From: Candidatus Saganbacteria bacterium
GTDB lineage: Bacteria > Margulisbacteria > WOR-1 > XYC2-FULL-46-14
DNA length: 60,427 nt
Assembly: GCA_013202975.1 (NCBI GenBank)
Contig: JABMQY010000085.1
Span: 1 to 60,427, forward strand
Direction: 5' to 3'
In this document: piece after piece, positions 1 to 9,560 of the stretch
How positions within the stretch are numbered: the stretch's first letter is position 1
Layout of the letters: every line of letters starts with the position of its first letter
Translations under genes and position numbers: made by a program
Notes under the pieces: generated by a model
Database searches by the model: none
The model's input: the letters and a program-made list of their open reading frames with translations, nothing else
Told to the model about the DNA's origin: nothing

Positions 1-726
1 ATGGGAAATGGGATTGAAGGATTAAAGTTTCAGGCTTCAACAAGAAAAGCAAAGGTTGTAGTAAATAAAAGACAAGGGGCATCTGGTATTGTTTTTGGAT
101 GTTCGCCGTCAAGAGTTCGCGGAGGAAAAAAGAAGGTTTCAGCCCCTGCTCCAGTAATAAAACATGAAGTTCCAAAGTGCATAATAAGAAAAGGTTCAAG
201 TACAGAAATTGTGGCTGATGAATCTGCAAGAAACCAAATAATTGTAGACCCTCAATTAAATTATCATGGTTGGGCAATAAAGTCTGAAGTTGTGACTAGT
301 TATGGACATACTAATCACTTGTCGGCCCGTACTAGTGTGGATAAAAAGGGTATGATTACTCTTTCTACCTACCACGCCGCTAAACCATTTTGTCCTAAGG
401 GAAGCGACCGATTGAGTGGTTATTCATCAACATCCTATCCCGTATATATCTGGGCAGCAAAGGATAAGAGTAAGGAAGTAGTCTGCAGGACAGAGATTAC
501 AGTTAAACAACCTAGCGAAGAAACTTTAAAGGGTATTAAAGGGTGTGTGAAGAAAGTGAAACCGAAATGCAAGTGGGGAAAACGACGAGGAAGATGCAAA
601 CCAAGGCCTCCAAGATCAACAGGAAGCAATGCCATAGGTTCAGAGCGAGATACACTAAGAGTTTCGCCGGTTAAGACAAAAGCGCCAGTTAAAACAAAAG
701 GCGATGACGATATGTTCGAATTATAG
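1..726 (+). CDS. Hypothetical Lys/Cys-rich protein; member 1 of a 3-member family sharing an N-terminal ~40-aa motif (MG..x..L.FQ.S..T.AKVxVN....G..G.VFGC)
   Basis: Begins with ATG at window position 1. N-terminus aligns with the proteins at 3758 and 8086 (..KAKVVVNKRQGASGIVFGCSPS vs ..AKVHVNRGKKSGGLVLGCSDG vs ..KAKVVANRSRGALGLMFGCDSRS). C-terminus is Lys/Arg/Cys-rich. Confidence 0.55.
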   Translation: MGNGIEGLKFQASTRKAKVVVNKRQGASGIVFGCSPSRVRGGKKKVSAPAPVIKHEVPKCIIRKGSSTEIVADESARNQIIVDPQLNYHGWAIKSEVVTSYGHTNHLSARTSVDKKGMITLSTYHAAKPFCPKGSDRLSGYSSTSYPVYIWAAKDKSKEVVCRTEITVKQPSEETLKGIKGCVKKVKPKCKWGKRRGRCKPRPPRSTGSNAIGSERDTLRVSPVKTKAPVKTKGDDDMFEL

Positions 727-737
727 GAGGAGAGTAA

Positions 738-3700
738 ATGAGTAATCCAATACAAATATGTGTAAGAGCGGATGTAAAAAAGCCAAATCCGGAAGCCAGC
801 GTCCATGCGGAAATATTAAAGCTAGGTGATTTATGGACCCTTTTGCAAATGCTTGATAAGGCGGTCGTCGCGACCGGGTCAGATAAGGTGGACGAAACGC
901 TGACTAAATTAGGAAAAACGCTTACCAGTTCACTGGGTGTTTATGGGAAGTTAAGCAAGGCGGTTCCGGATTGGACTGCGACCAGAAAGGTTGAGGGAAC
1001 TATTATTGCAATGGCGCAACGACTAAAAGGTTGGACCAGTGGAGTAATTAAATTTCCGGGCTATCTCTCTTTTGCAAAAGTCTCAAAAGATCCTGTTAAG
1101 ATAAAAAAGTGGCTTTCTCGGATTAGATATAAAACAAAAGCAAAAGAAGATTCTAAAATAGCCCTATGGATTAAAAATGTTAAGATTGCAAAGTTAGTAG
1201 ATATTTATAACAGGCTGTCTAAAAACAGTGATGACAGGCCTATTTTGGCCGACTTAATCACTTTAGTTAAAATGCGCAATGTTGCAGTGGCTGCTTCAAA
1301 AGTTATTGGGGGGATAGCCAGGAAAAATCTGACCGGGGTTTCTGATGCAAAGAAAGGGGCGTATGACAGTTTTTCATCTGTCCATAAAACTTTGCCGCAA
1401 AGAAAATTTTCTAATAAGAACAAAAGAACGATTTTTACTCTCCTTAGGAAATATCCCAAGATTGCAAAAAATATCGGGTTTAAAGATATTAAGGCAGGAT
1501 TTAATCCTGATAATTGGCTAAAAAACCTTACCGGAGACAGTGATACAAAATATCGTGCTACCCGAAAAAAAATTGCAGATACAATCCAGGCTATTAAAGC
1601 CAAGCTCTCAAAGCTTTGTCTCTCACCAAAACTAAAGAAAGCTGTCGACGCTGCCATAAATGCGGCTAAGATTGAACTGGTAAGAGACAAAGGAAGGGAG
1701 CTGCACTATGCAGAAGAGTCAGATAAATGGTATGACAAGGCTGATCAGTGGATGAGACGCAACCATATTATGGCCGATGCTACATTATATACAGGCGCTG
1801 CCTTTGAAACCGAGGATCTTTCATCTTTAGGAAAAGGTTTGGACGGAAACTCTGCTTTTTATCTTAAAACTCCGGTTACTTTAACCTGGAACCCAACAAC
1901 TCCACAGCATGCCTGGAAGGTGGGAGTAAAGGCAGAATATGAAGGGTTACACAGTGGTAAAGACTATAAAAAAGGTGAGGTTGCTCTCTTCTCTCATTTT
2001 AGACGAACTACTCAAAAAGGTCTTCCATTAGAAGCAAGATTAGAGGTCGGCGGGATCTTTGCCGACAGCGCAAAATCAAGTCCGATCTATCCATCAGGAA
2101 GCGCATTCTATGTTGATGGTAATATAAACTTTAACTTTAGCAGGGAACAGTATAAAAACTGGGCTTTGGGCGCCGGAGCAAGGGTAGAAGCCGGGGAATG
2201 GGATCAAACCCCATATCTATCTGTCTCTCCAAGGCTGGGAGTTGACTTTAGAGTAAAAAATTCCTGGACCTTTGGAATTGCTGCAAGGTACAACTTATTG
2301 AACCGGGATTATTTTACTTCATGGGACGATTCTCCCGATGCAGGTTCCCGCTATCTTGGCAGCGAGAGCTACCATAGAGCAGGGGTCGAGGTTGTTGCCG
2401 CATTTAACCGTCCGCGCTACAGCATTGCAGCGCGTGCCTTTGTTGACGCCAGCTTGTCCGGACAAGAGGTTACCGGTGGATTTGATGTTAGTGCCCAAAT
2501 TCAACTTAAGAAGAACGGGAAACACCTGCTTGATTTGAGCACCGGCTATCAAAAAGATGATTATCTGGGACCAATTAGACATAACGTTAAAGTATTAAGG
2601 GCAGAATATTTGTATCAGGGACATGCGCCGCTAAAATATGGAGTCTTTGCTCAGGTCAACGTTCATAAACATGAGGGGCTGCTAAATCATCCTGATGCCG
2701 TTGCTACTGCTGTAGTTGGGCCGTTAGTAAGGTTTGGACTTGCCAAACAATTTCGACGACCGTTAAGAGAATTAACCAGTGTCAATGACCAGCGCAGAGA
2801 GGCCTTTGTAGCCGATTTCTCTCGAACAAGGAGAATATTAAACACACTGGTTGGAGCTGAGAGGGTTGATGAAAAATATACCAACCTCTATGCCTTTGCT
2901 TTTGCCAACGGTCTTATACAAAGTGATTATAAACTTGATCTTAAAGCCGCGGAGGCACAATACGCGAAATTGCATCCAAAAGCAAAAGATCTTCCATTTA
3001 TCGAAAAGATAGAAAAATCGGATATTCCCATAAGGACATATAAGAAGGCTAATTCGCCGGTACTGCAGGGGGATGTGGTTCCAATTGCCTTGAATATCGG
3101 AATCGGAAAACCGGTAACCGGAACAACTGATGATGCATTGGCTGCAAACAAGGAATATCGAAGAAGTACCCGCATGATGACAGCAGGCAAAAAGAAATTG
3201 CTAAAAATTGCTTATCTGCGTAATAAAGTTGCCAATGACTTCAAATCTCAGGGGCTTAATGAAGCGGACTGGAAAAAACTGATAAAGCTTCCGAGCCAGG
3301 CCAGCCATTCTGCCGCGGATTTGGTCTATGCAATATCGCAGTTGAGCGGCTTAAATGATAATAAATTTGTGCTTGAGGCAAAACTTAAAGAGCTTGATCC
3401 AAAACTTGCCGCAAAGAGATCTATTCTTGAACGCGATCTTAGGGCAGGGGTTGTAACCCAGCCTGTATTGGATTTTGCTGTTGCCGCAATTAAGAAAAAC
3501 GGGGGTTCTGTTCTAAGTTTAACCTCTGGTCTACATAGAAAGCATGTTGATACACTGCTTGCTTTGGCCGGAAAAGAAATAAAAGCGGCTCCTAAAAAGA
3601 AAGATGAAACAAAAGGTGCAGAAAAAGCAAAAGGAAAAGGGGCAGAAGAAGTAAAAGATCCGACCAAGCCGCTTGATAAGACAGCTGCAACTGTTGAAGG

Positions 3701-3755
3701 GGAAATGGCAGGTGAAGAAGCTGCAGCGAAGAAAAAGAAAAAGGGAGGTAAATAA
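738..3755 (+). CDS. Giant (1005 aa) Lys-rich hypothetical protein, no obvious signal peptide; central segment with alternating beta-barrel-like pattern; K/E/A-rich C-terminal tail
   Basis: Long ORF with GGAGG RBS 8 nt upstream. Central region (..FYVDGNINFNFSREQYKNWALGAGARVEAG..FRVKNSWTFGIAARYNLL..) resembles amphipathic beta strands. No family recognised. Confidence 0.7.
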   Translation: MSNPIQICVRADVKKPNPEASVHAEILKLGDLWTLLQMLDKAVVATGSDKVDETLTKLGKTLTSSLGVYGKLSKAVPDWTATRKVEGTIIAMAQRLKGWTSGVIKFPGYLSFAKVSKDPVKIKKWLSRIRYKTKAKEDSKIALWIKNVKIAKLVDIYNRLSKNSDDRPILADLITLVKMRNVAVAASKVIGGIARKNLTGVSDAKKGAYDSFSSVHKTLPQRKFSNKNKRTIFTLLRKYPKIAKNIGFKDIKAGFNPDNWLKNLTGDSDTKYRATRKKIADTIQAIKAKLSKLCLSPKLKKAVDAAINAAKIELVRDKGRELHYAEESDKWYDKADQWMRRNHIMADATLYTGAAFETEDLSSLGKGLDGNSAFYLKTPVTLTWNPTTPQHAWKVGVKAEYEGLHSGKDYKKGEVALFSHFRRTTQKGLPLEARLEVGGIFADSAKSSPIYPSGSAFYVDGNINFNFSREQYKNWALGAGARVEAGEWDQTPYLSVSPRLGVDFRVKNSWTFGIAARYNLLNRDYFTSWDDSPDAGSRYLGSESYHRAGVEVVAAFNRPRYSIAARAFVDASLSGQEVTGGFDVSAQIQLKKNGKHLLDLSTGYQKDDYLGPIRHNVKVLRAEYLYQGHAPLKYGVFAQVNVHKHEGLLNHPDAVATAVVGPLVRFGLAKQFRRPLRELTSVNDQRREAFVADFSRTRRILNTLVGAERVDEKYTNLYAFAFANGLIQSDYKLDLKAAEAQYAKLHPKAKDLPFIEKIEKSDIPIRTYKKANSPVLQGDVVPIALNIGIGKPVTGTTDDALAANKEYRRSTRMMTAGKKKLLKIAYLRNKVANDFKSQGLNEADWKKLIKLPSQASHSAADLVYAISQLSGLNDNKFVLEAKLKELDPKLAAKRSILERDLRAGVVTQPVLDFAVAAIKKNGGSVLSLTSGLHRKHVDTLLALAGKEIKAAPKKKDETKGAEKAKGKGAEEVKDPTKPLDKTAATVEGEMAGEEAAAKKKKKGGK

Positions 3756-3757
3756 TC

Positions 3758-5014
3758 ATGGGAGATGTAACAAAGTTAAGTTTTCAATCAGCAAAAACGA
3801 CAGCAAAGGTGCATGTCAACAGAGGCAAAAAGTCGGGAGGTCTTGTGCTTGGCTGCTCAGATGGAGTTGGGACTCAAATATTAGACGGTGCAGTACCGGG
3901 AGTAAAAAGAGCTAGCAATTTTATCTCCGTTGCATTAGCCGACATCTCAAAGGGCGGAAGAGAGGTAACTGTAAGGACCACGCTAAAGCCGGGTTCAAAA
4001 GCACTTCCTCCTAACGTAAAAAGTATTTCAATTGTTCTCGGAACTAAAAATTCAGCAATCTGTTCAAAAGCTCCAGAGGGAGCGGTAATAGATATTGGGA
4101 CTCCGGCCAAAATGGGCAAGGATCCGGTTGTTCAGACCAAAGATGGCAAGTATGCCGGGATGGGGTTAAAACCTCAGAGTCGAATAGCCAGTAAGGATGG
4201 CTACACTACCATTACCCGCGATTATTATGCCGACAAAAATGGTGTCAAAGTAATAAGATATAGTGAACAGCAGGGATTTTCCACAACCAAGAGCGGAACT
4301 TATAAGGCAAATGATAAAGGACAGATTTTGTGCGAGAGCAATTCGGGATCTGTTCCTTGTAAACTTGCAGATGAAAAATTAGGTCAGCTTGATTCCACTG
4401 TTACCCCGGTTAAATGCGAAACAAAAAACAGCTGTGATCCGACCAGTTTAGTTACCGCAAAAACCTGGTATCAGGTAGAGGTAAATGGTACTTCAAATTC
4501 TACACCAAAATTTGGCCTGTCGCATGTTTTTGGCGATGATCCCAAAAAGTGCCTGAGTGATCCATTCAGATATGTTAAAAATGCGGATGATACCTTAAAA
4601 GAAGTTTCTGATCCGGGACAAGCTGGAAAACCGGTTGCCTGCGGAGTGTTTCCATCTTGTGATCCGGTGAAAAAGACAGATGGCGGTATCGATTCAGGAG
4701 TAAAAAAAGACGCAACAGTAAAACCGGATTCTACTCCGGTTTCGGACGGAGGACCGTATAATCCTCCAACTTATCCGATTTATGTGTCGGCAAAAATTGT
4801 AGACAAGGACGGCCGAGTTCTTTCGGAGATAAAGAAACAGCTTGCTCCGGCGCTTACCGCCACATCAGGAATAAAGATTCCTATTTCTTTGGATAGTTTT
4901 AATAAACCGACTGGGGACATTAAATTAGAATTAACGATTAATACTACTAACATTACCCGCGGAAGATTATTTGGTCTTAATCTGCAGGGTGACTTGGTAT
5001 ACGAAACAAAATAG
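3758..5014 (+). CDS. Hypothetical Cys-containing protein; member 2 of the MG..AKVxVN..G..G..GC N-terminal motif family
   Basis: RBS AAAGGGAGG upstream. N-terminal 40 aa align with ORF 1..726. Many Cys, Pro, Thr; likely extracellular. Confidence 0.6.
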   Translation: MGDVTKLSFQSAKTTAKVHVNRGKKSGGLVLGCSDGVGTQILDGAVPGVKRASNFISVALADISKGGREVTVRTTLKPGSKALPPNVKSISIVLGTKNSAICSKAPEGAVIDIGTPAKMGKDPVVQTKDGKYAGMGLKPQSRIASKDGYTTITRDYYADKNGVKVIRYSEQQGFSTTKSGTYKANDKGQILCESNSGSVPCKLADEKLGQLDSTVTPVKCETKNSCDPTSLVTAKTWYQVEVNGTSNSTPKFGLSHVFGDDPKKCLSDPFRYVKNADDTLKEVSDPGQAGKPVACGVFPSCDPVKKTDGGIDSGVKKDATVKPDSTPVSDGGPYNPPTYPIYVSAKIVDKDGRVLSEIKKQLAPALTATSGIKIPISLDSFNKPTGDIKLELTINTTNITRGRLFGLNLQGDLVYETK

Positions 5015-5025
5015 GAGGAATTGAA

Positions 5026-8000
5026 ATGATAAAGAAAATACTATCGATAGTCTTGCTTCTGGGAGTATTGGCTACGGGTGCTTTGGCTGCGGCGCATCCG
5101 GCACCGGCAGTTACATCTCCGATTATAAGCGGGAGCGGGGCAGAGGGTAATTACTATTACCTGTTTGTTCCTGATCATGCAGCAAATCAGATAAGAGTTA
5201 TTTGGGCCTGGAACAATGAGATTGGCGCAGTTAAGCAGACTTCAAAAGATGTTGCCACTATCCCGGTGTCCGGCGGCGCGGTTTACGGCATGGCGGTAAA
5301 TTCTGACGTAAGCAAACTGTATGTTTCAATTGCAGGCAGCTCACCAAATGTTTCAGTTTATTCAATTAGCAAGACCACTCCAGGTGCTCCAACTTTTACA
5401 TTAGAAAAGAGCATTACCGGAGTCTCGTTCCCTATGGGAATGGCTTTGAGTCCTGATAATAAGTATTTATACGTTGCAGACAGTACAATTGGAAAGGTTC
5501 ATGTTATTGAGACCCAAAATAATAGTATAAAGGGAGCAATTAGCGTTGGCGGGGTCAATCTTACCGATGTTGCGGTAAAGCCCGACAATACACGTTTGGC
5601 AGTAAGCCGAACTTTTGCTTCTGGTGCGGTTTATATTTATGATATAACCAGCGTTCCAACTACTATTCCATCAACCCCGATTTATACTGTAACCTCCGGA
5701 ATGGAGAATCCGACCTATCTTTCATATATGAATGACGGAAGGGTGTTATTTGTAAAGGTTAATCAAACTACCTCTCCATACTACGATGTAATCGGATTAA
5801 ATACAGATGAAGGTATTTATGGAGGTTTTGGGGCCGGTTCGTCTAATGCTTATACCGAAGGAGCTTCGCTCTCTATGGTTTCTGCAGATGAATATCATCC
5901 AAACAACAAGTGGGACGGAATGGCTTTGTCTTTGGATGACAGTTATATATATTTAACCCATTACAGGACCTCAATTGATCCACTTGTAACTACCGATGAT
6001 GGTATTTATGGCTATGCGATTAAGGTAAAGGGAAAACTGGGTATCGGCATGAAATATACCGACTCCGATAAAGATGGAAAAGATGACAGCGGTTTAGGCT
6101 GGCAGATAGTCGGACCGATTGTATATAATGAAGGATTTGATTCGACTGTCGGCTCTCCAAACGGAGGCTATGTCTGGTTCGCCTCTTCTGTAAAAGGGCA
6201 TGTCGAAGGAGATACTCTCGGAACCGGATATGACTGGAAATTAAATACTCCTCCGGGAGCAGTTTCAAACTTGCAGGTTGTGCCTCCGACAGCCGGGACA
6301 AAACTTAAATGGAGTGCTGCTTTAGATGATGGCAACTATACTACAAATTCCGGGAAGAAAATGGCTTATGTTATTGAATATAAAACTGCTGCAAACCTTA
6401 GTTGGCAGACTGATTTAGGTAATGTAGAATCAAATGCTAGTGCGATAGAAAAAGATATTACCACACTTTCCTATGGAACTACTTATTACTTTAGAGTTAA
6501 AGCTTATGATGGTGGTGATGCTAATGATTCTGATCCTACTAAGCGTTGGGATGATGGTAAATTTGGTCCTTATGCGGTAATAGGTCCGGTTACAGCAGGA
6601 AAAGATACACCGGTTATACCTCCGACGACTTCAAACATTATTGATGATATTGAGGGAAAATTGGTTCTTCACACTAAATACTATAAAATTATAGCAAGCG
6701 GAGAGAAGGATCCTACTTTTAAACCCGATACTTCAACCAAGCATGAGGGGTCATATTCAATGGCAACAAACTATGATGCTTCAACTGCCGGTTACAGGGG
6801 GTGGGGTGGTGAGCTGCAGACCAATTTTGACTTTACAAAGTACGATACTATCAACTTCTATATGCAGGGTGATGGTTCTACTACCGGAAATGTCAAGTTG
6901 CAGTTAAAGGATGACGATAACAGTGTTTATGGAACCAGCAGTACGGCTTATGAATTTGCGATAAGTGATTCTTCCGGATTCAAGAAATATTCAATTCCTG
7001 TCAGCGCGTTTAATAAGTCATTTGCTGCAGGTACAAATAGTAAATTAGACACAGATAAGATCGCTGAATATCAGTTTATATTTACTGATAAGAATGCTTC
7101 GAAAGGGAAGATTTATATAGATTATGTTACAGCGTCAAAGGAGTTAGGACCGATTGTAACTTCAATTAAGCGTGATGGAGACACTAAAGGATCTTCTGTA
7201 ACTGTTAGCTGGACCGTTACTCCAAGCGGGAATGTTGATATTTATACAGTAGAAGCTTACTCAACTGATGCTAGCAAATGGAAAGCTGAGAAGACAAACT
7301 ATACCAGCTCTTCCACCGGATCTTATACCGACAAATCAAGCGCGGCGTTAGTCGGCTCTGGTTATCAAAAATACTATAAAGTTGTGGCTACCGGAACCAC
7401 TTTGACTTCTACTTTGTTAAAGAAAGACGTTGTTGGTAAGTTTGATGTCTCTCTAAAGAAGGGGTATAACCTGATTTCTCTTCCTTTTGAGGTAGCCGAT
7501 ACAAGTATTGCAAAGGTGATTGGAGCCCAGCTTACTGCCGGGACTGTTCCACCGCTGGCAGATAAGATTTACAAGTTTAAAGACAGCACCTCTGGCTATG
7601 AGCAGGTCTGGTTAAATTCTACAGATAAAAAGTGGTATGACGCGACCACCATGAAAGCATCGACCATAACAGTTGCTCCGGATGCAGGTTATTGGGTTGA
7701 GTTGGCCTCTGGCACTGCTGTTACAACCCTGGTTGGTAACATATCAGAGAAAGACAGGAGTATTAAAGTTCAAAGCGGATTTAATTTTGTCGGGACTACC
7801 TTTCCGATTGCTGTCACACTTGGTTCTGAGAACTTAAGTGCAGGGGCAAGTATGGGATCTGTTCCGCCTCTGTCAGCTAAGATTTATAATTTTAAAGATT
7901 CGACCTCCGGATTTGAGCAGGTCTGGTTAAAATCAACTGATAAGAAGTGGTATGACGCGACTAGCATGAAGCTTTCTACCATGAAACTTAGTCCGGGAAA

Positions 8001-8067
8001 AGGGTATATTGTTGAAGAGATAAAAGGAAAGAGCTCCTATACATGGCTGTATAAAAAGCCGTATTAA
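5026..8067 (+). CDS. Large secreted multidomain protein (1013 aa): signal peptide, YVTN/NHL-like beta-propeller repeats, fibronectin-III-like domain, CBM-like beta-sandwich (YRGWGG motif), two tandem ~110-aa C-terminal repeats
   Basis: N-term MIKKILSIVLLLGVLATGALAAAHP is a Sec signal. Repeated ..LYVADSTIGKVHVIE.. propeller-like units. FN3-like segment ..TYYFRVKAYDGG... YRGWGGELQ..YIDYVTA segment shared with ORF 9561. Near-identical C-terminal repeats (VPPLADKIYKFKDSTSGYEQVWL.. / VPPLSAKIYNFKDSTSGFEQVWL..). Confidence 0.75.
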   Translation: MIKKILSIVLLLGVLATGALAAAHPAPAVTSPIISGSGAEGNYYYLFVPDHAANQIRVIWAWNNEIGAVKQTSKDVATIPVSGGAVYGMAVNSDVSKLYVSIAGSSPNVSVYSISKTTPGAPTFTLEKSITGVSFPMGMALSPDNKYLYVADSTIGKVHVIETQNNSIKGAISVGGVNLTDVAVKPDNTRLAVSRTFASGAVYIYDITSVPTTIPSTPIYTVTSGMENPTYLSYMNDGRVLFVKVNQTTSPYYDVIGLNTDEGIYGGFGAGSSNAYTEGASLSMVSADEYHPNNKWDGMALSLDDSYIYLTHYRTSIDPLVTTDDGIYGYAIKVKGKLGIGMKYTDSDKDGKDDSGLGWQIVGPIVYNEGFDSTVGSPNGGYVWFASSVKGHVEGDTLGTGYDWKLNTPPGAVSNLQVVPPTAGTKLKWSAALDDGNYTTNSGKKMAYVIEYKTAANLSWQTDLGNVESNASAIEKDITTLSYGTTYYFRVKAYDGGDANDSDPTKRWDDGKFGPYAVIGPVTAGKDTPVIPPTTSNIIDDIEGKLVLHTKYYKIIASGEKDPTFKPDTSTKHEGSYSMATNYDASTAGYRGWGGELQTNFDFTKYDTINFYMQGDGSTTGNVKLQLKDDDNSVYGTSSTAYEFAISDSSGFKKYSIPVSAFNKSFAAGTNSKLDTDKIAEYQFIFTDKNASKGKIYIDYVTASKELGPIVTSIKRDGDTKGSSVTVSWTVTPSGNVDIYTVEAYSTDASKWKAEKTNYTSSSTGSYTDKSSAALVGSGYQKYYKVVATGTTLTSTLLKKDVVGKFDVSLKKGYNLISLPFEVADTSIAKVIGAQLTAGTVPPLADKIYKFKDSTSGYEQVWLNSTDKKWYDATTMKASTITVAPDAGYWVELASGTAVTTLVGNISEKDRSIKVQSGFNFVGTTFPIAVTLGSENLSAGASMGSVPPLSAKIYNFKDSTSGFEQVWLKSTDKKWYDATSMKLSTMKLSPGKGYIVEEIKGKSSYTWLYKKPY

Positions 8068-8085
8068 ATATAGGAGGGGGAAACA

Positions 8086-9492
8086 ATGGGAACTGTAACT
8101 GCTGGTAATAATTTGGATCTGTCTAAATGGCTTGAAACATATAAGCCAAAGGGGCAGAGTGTATACAAGGGCGCAGCTAAAAAGTATTCTTATAGCAAAT
8201 CAGCGTCAAAAGCCAAGGTGGTTGCTAATCGATCAAGAGGGGCTTTGGGGTTGATGTTTGGGTGTGATAGTCGATCAGTTGTTGGCGCTTCTGATGCGCA
8301 GCCTAAGGGGGATGTTGACAGAAAGGACCAGTCTGGTTTTAAAAATTCTTGTCCTATTACTGTTAAGTGGACGAGAACACATGCTGGTGGGCAGGGAAAG
8401 GCTATAGCAGTTGACAGTAGTGGTAATTCTTATGTTACGGGTAAGATGAGAGATGTTGCTTGGAGATGGAACATATGGACAACAAAGTATGATCCAAATG
8501 GAAAGACGCTTTGGACTAAAACTAAGAATAGTGGCAGTACTACTGCAAATCTTGGTGGGAATGGAATAGATATTGATGGGGGTGGTAATGTCTATGTGAG
8601 TGGAACCTTAAATTTAGGTAAGGATGGCGTCTGGGCCGGAAAATATGATACCAATGGAAAGTTGCTTTGGAGCCAAGCTACCCAAATTAATGTGCATGGG
8701 TTTTCGTATACTGATAATGAAACGGATCTGGCGGTAGATAAGGCAGGGAATTTCTCTGTGACTACTAATAAATCGTTTGACATCTGGACAAGTAAGTATG
8801 ATACCAAGGCAAATCTGCTTTGGACACAAACCTATAGTGGTCCCTCTTGGTCCGCTAGTTATAATTCGGGGAAAGCAGTAGCAGTTGATAAAGCTGGGAA
8901 TTCCTATGTTACGGGATATGCATCTGTCTATGGATCCGGTGCTTGGAAAGATTGGAATATTTGGACAAGAAAATATGACCCGAATGGGAAAACACTTTGG
9001 ACAAGTACTCACAACGGTAATTCTCCTAAACCTGATAAACCGGATGATATTGGGTATGGAATAGCAGTAGATAATAGTAATGGGAATGTCTATGTGGTTG
9101 GTACGCACAATGGTGCTATGCACCCTTCTGGTTACGGAGGAGACATTTGGCTTGGAAAATATGATCCCAACGGAAAAACTCTCTGGACTCGGTCTTATGC
9201 TGGTTCTGTCAATAGAAGTGATGAGGGGAGAGGAGTAGCGGTGGATAAGAAGCGCAATGTTTATGTGATTGGTTCTACAACTGTTCCTGACTCTCTCACG
9301 CCACTTAAAAGTAATATTTGGATTAGAAAATACGATTCTAACGGAAAGACTCTCTGCACCCAAACTTATGATAGTGGTAGTGATGACTATGGAACCGGCA
9401 TTGCAGTTGATAAGGCCGGGGATGTTTATGTGACCGGTACTAGTGATCGAAGCATTTTTGTTAGAAAATATAAACAGATTGAGATCAAGTAG
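8086..9492 (+). CDS. SBBP-type beta-propeller repeat protein (468 aa); member 3 of the MG..AKVxVN..G..G..FGC N-terminal motif family
   Basis: At least 6 repeats of (AVD..GN.YVTG...NIWT.KYDPNGKTLWT..Y), typical of the SBBP beta-propeller repeat. N-terminus carries the shared motif ..SKAKVVANRSRGALGLMFGCDSRS. RBS AGGAGGGGG upstream. Confidence 0.7.
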   Translation: MGTVTAGNNLDLSKWLETYKPKGQSVYKGAAKKYSYSKSASKAKVVANRSRGALGLMFGCDSRSVVGASDAQPKGDVDRKDQSGFKNSCPITVKWTRTHAGGQGKAIAVDSSGNSYVTGKMRDVAWRWNIWTTKYDPNGKTLWTKTKNSGSTTANLGGNGIDIDGGGNVYVSGTLNLGKDGVWAGKYDTNGKLLWSQATQINVHGFSYTDNETDLAVDKAGNFSVTTNKSFDIWTSKYDTKANLLWTQTYSGPSWSASYNSGKAVAVDKAGNSYVTGYASVYGSGAWKDWNIWTRKYDPNGKTLWTSTHNGNSPKPDKPDDIGYGIAVDNSNGNVYVVGTHNGAMHPSGYGGDIWLGKYDPNGKTLWTRSYAGSVNRSDEGRGVAVDKKRNVYVIGSTTVPDSLTPLKSNIWIRKYDSNGKTLCTQTYDSGSDDYGTGIAVDKAGDVYVTGTSDRSIFVRKYKQIEIK

Positions 9493-9529
9493 GATTATAA
9501 TTATGAAAAATAGAGTGAAATTTTTAGTA

Positions 9530-9547
9530 AAAATTGACGATATATAT
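9530..9547 (+). promoter_or_regulatory. Recurring motif AAAATTGACGATATATAT (instance 1), upstream of the T9SS-CTD protein gene
   Basis: Near-identical copies at 53857-53874 (+), 35777-35792 (-), 46229-46251 (-, AAAATTAACGATACATATATAT) and a degenerate copy at ~19381-19396. Confidence 0.45.
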
Positions 9548-9560
9548 AAGGAGGGAAGAT

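Noticed and set aside
1-726. Lipobox interpretation of the conserved F/L-G-C in the three N-terminal motifs
   Set aside because: Not rejected outright, but the hydrophobic stretch is only ~8 residues, Gly-rich, and preceded by a 15-25-aa extension, so a standard SPase II lipoprotein call is not supportable from sequence alone. Left as an open question in the findings.
1205-1690. 161-aa antisense ORF inside the 1005-aa gene, and similar antisense ORFs (435-806, 2319-2582, 3326-3667, 9953-10345, 12787-13242, 13590-13877)
   Set aside because: All are embedded opposite stronger, longer ORFs with good RBSs; no independent support.
8614-9363. 249-aa ORF on the minus strand antisense to the SBBP-repeat gene
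   Set aside because: It lies entirely inside the well-supported plus-strand repeat protein. The periodic repeat DNA generates long spurious antisense frames, and the peptide is low-complexity (Ile/Arg/Pro-rich) with no start context.
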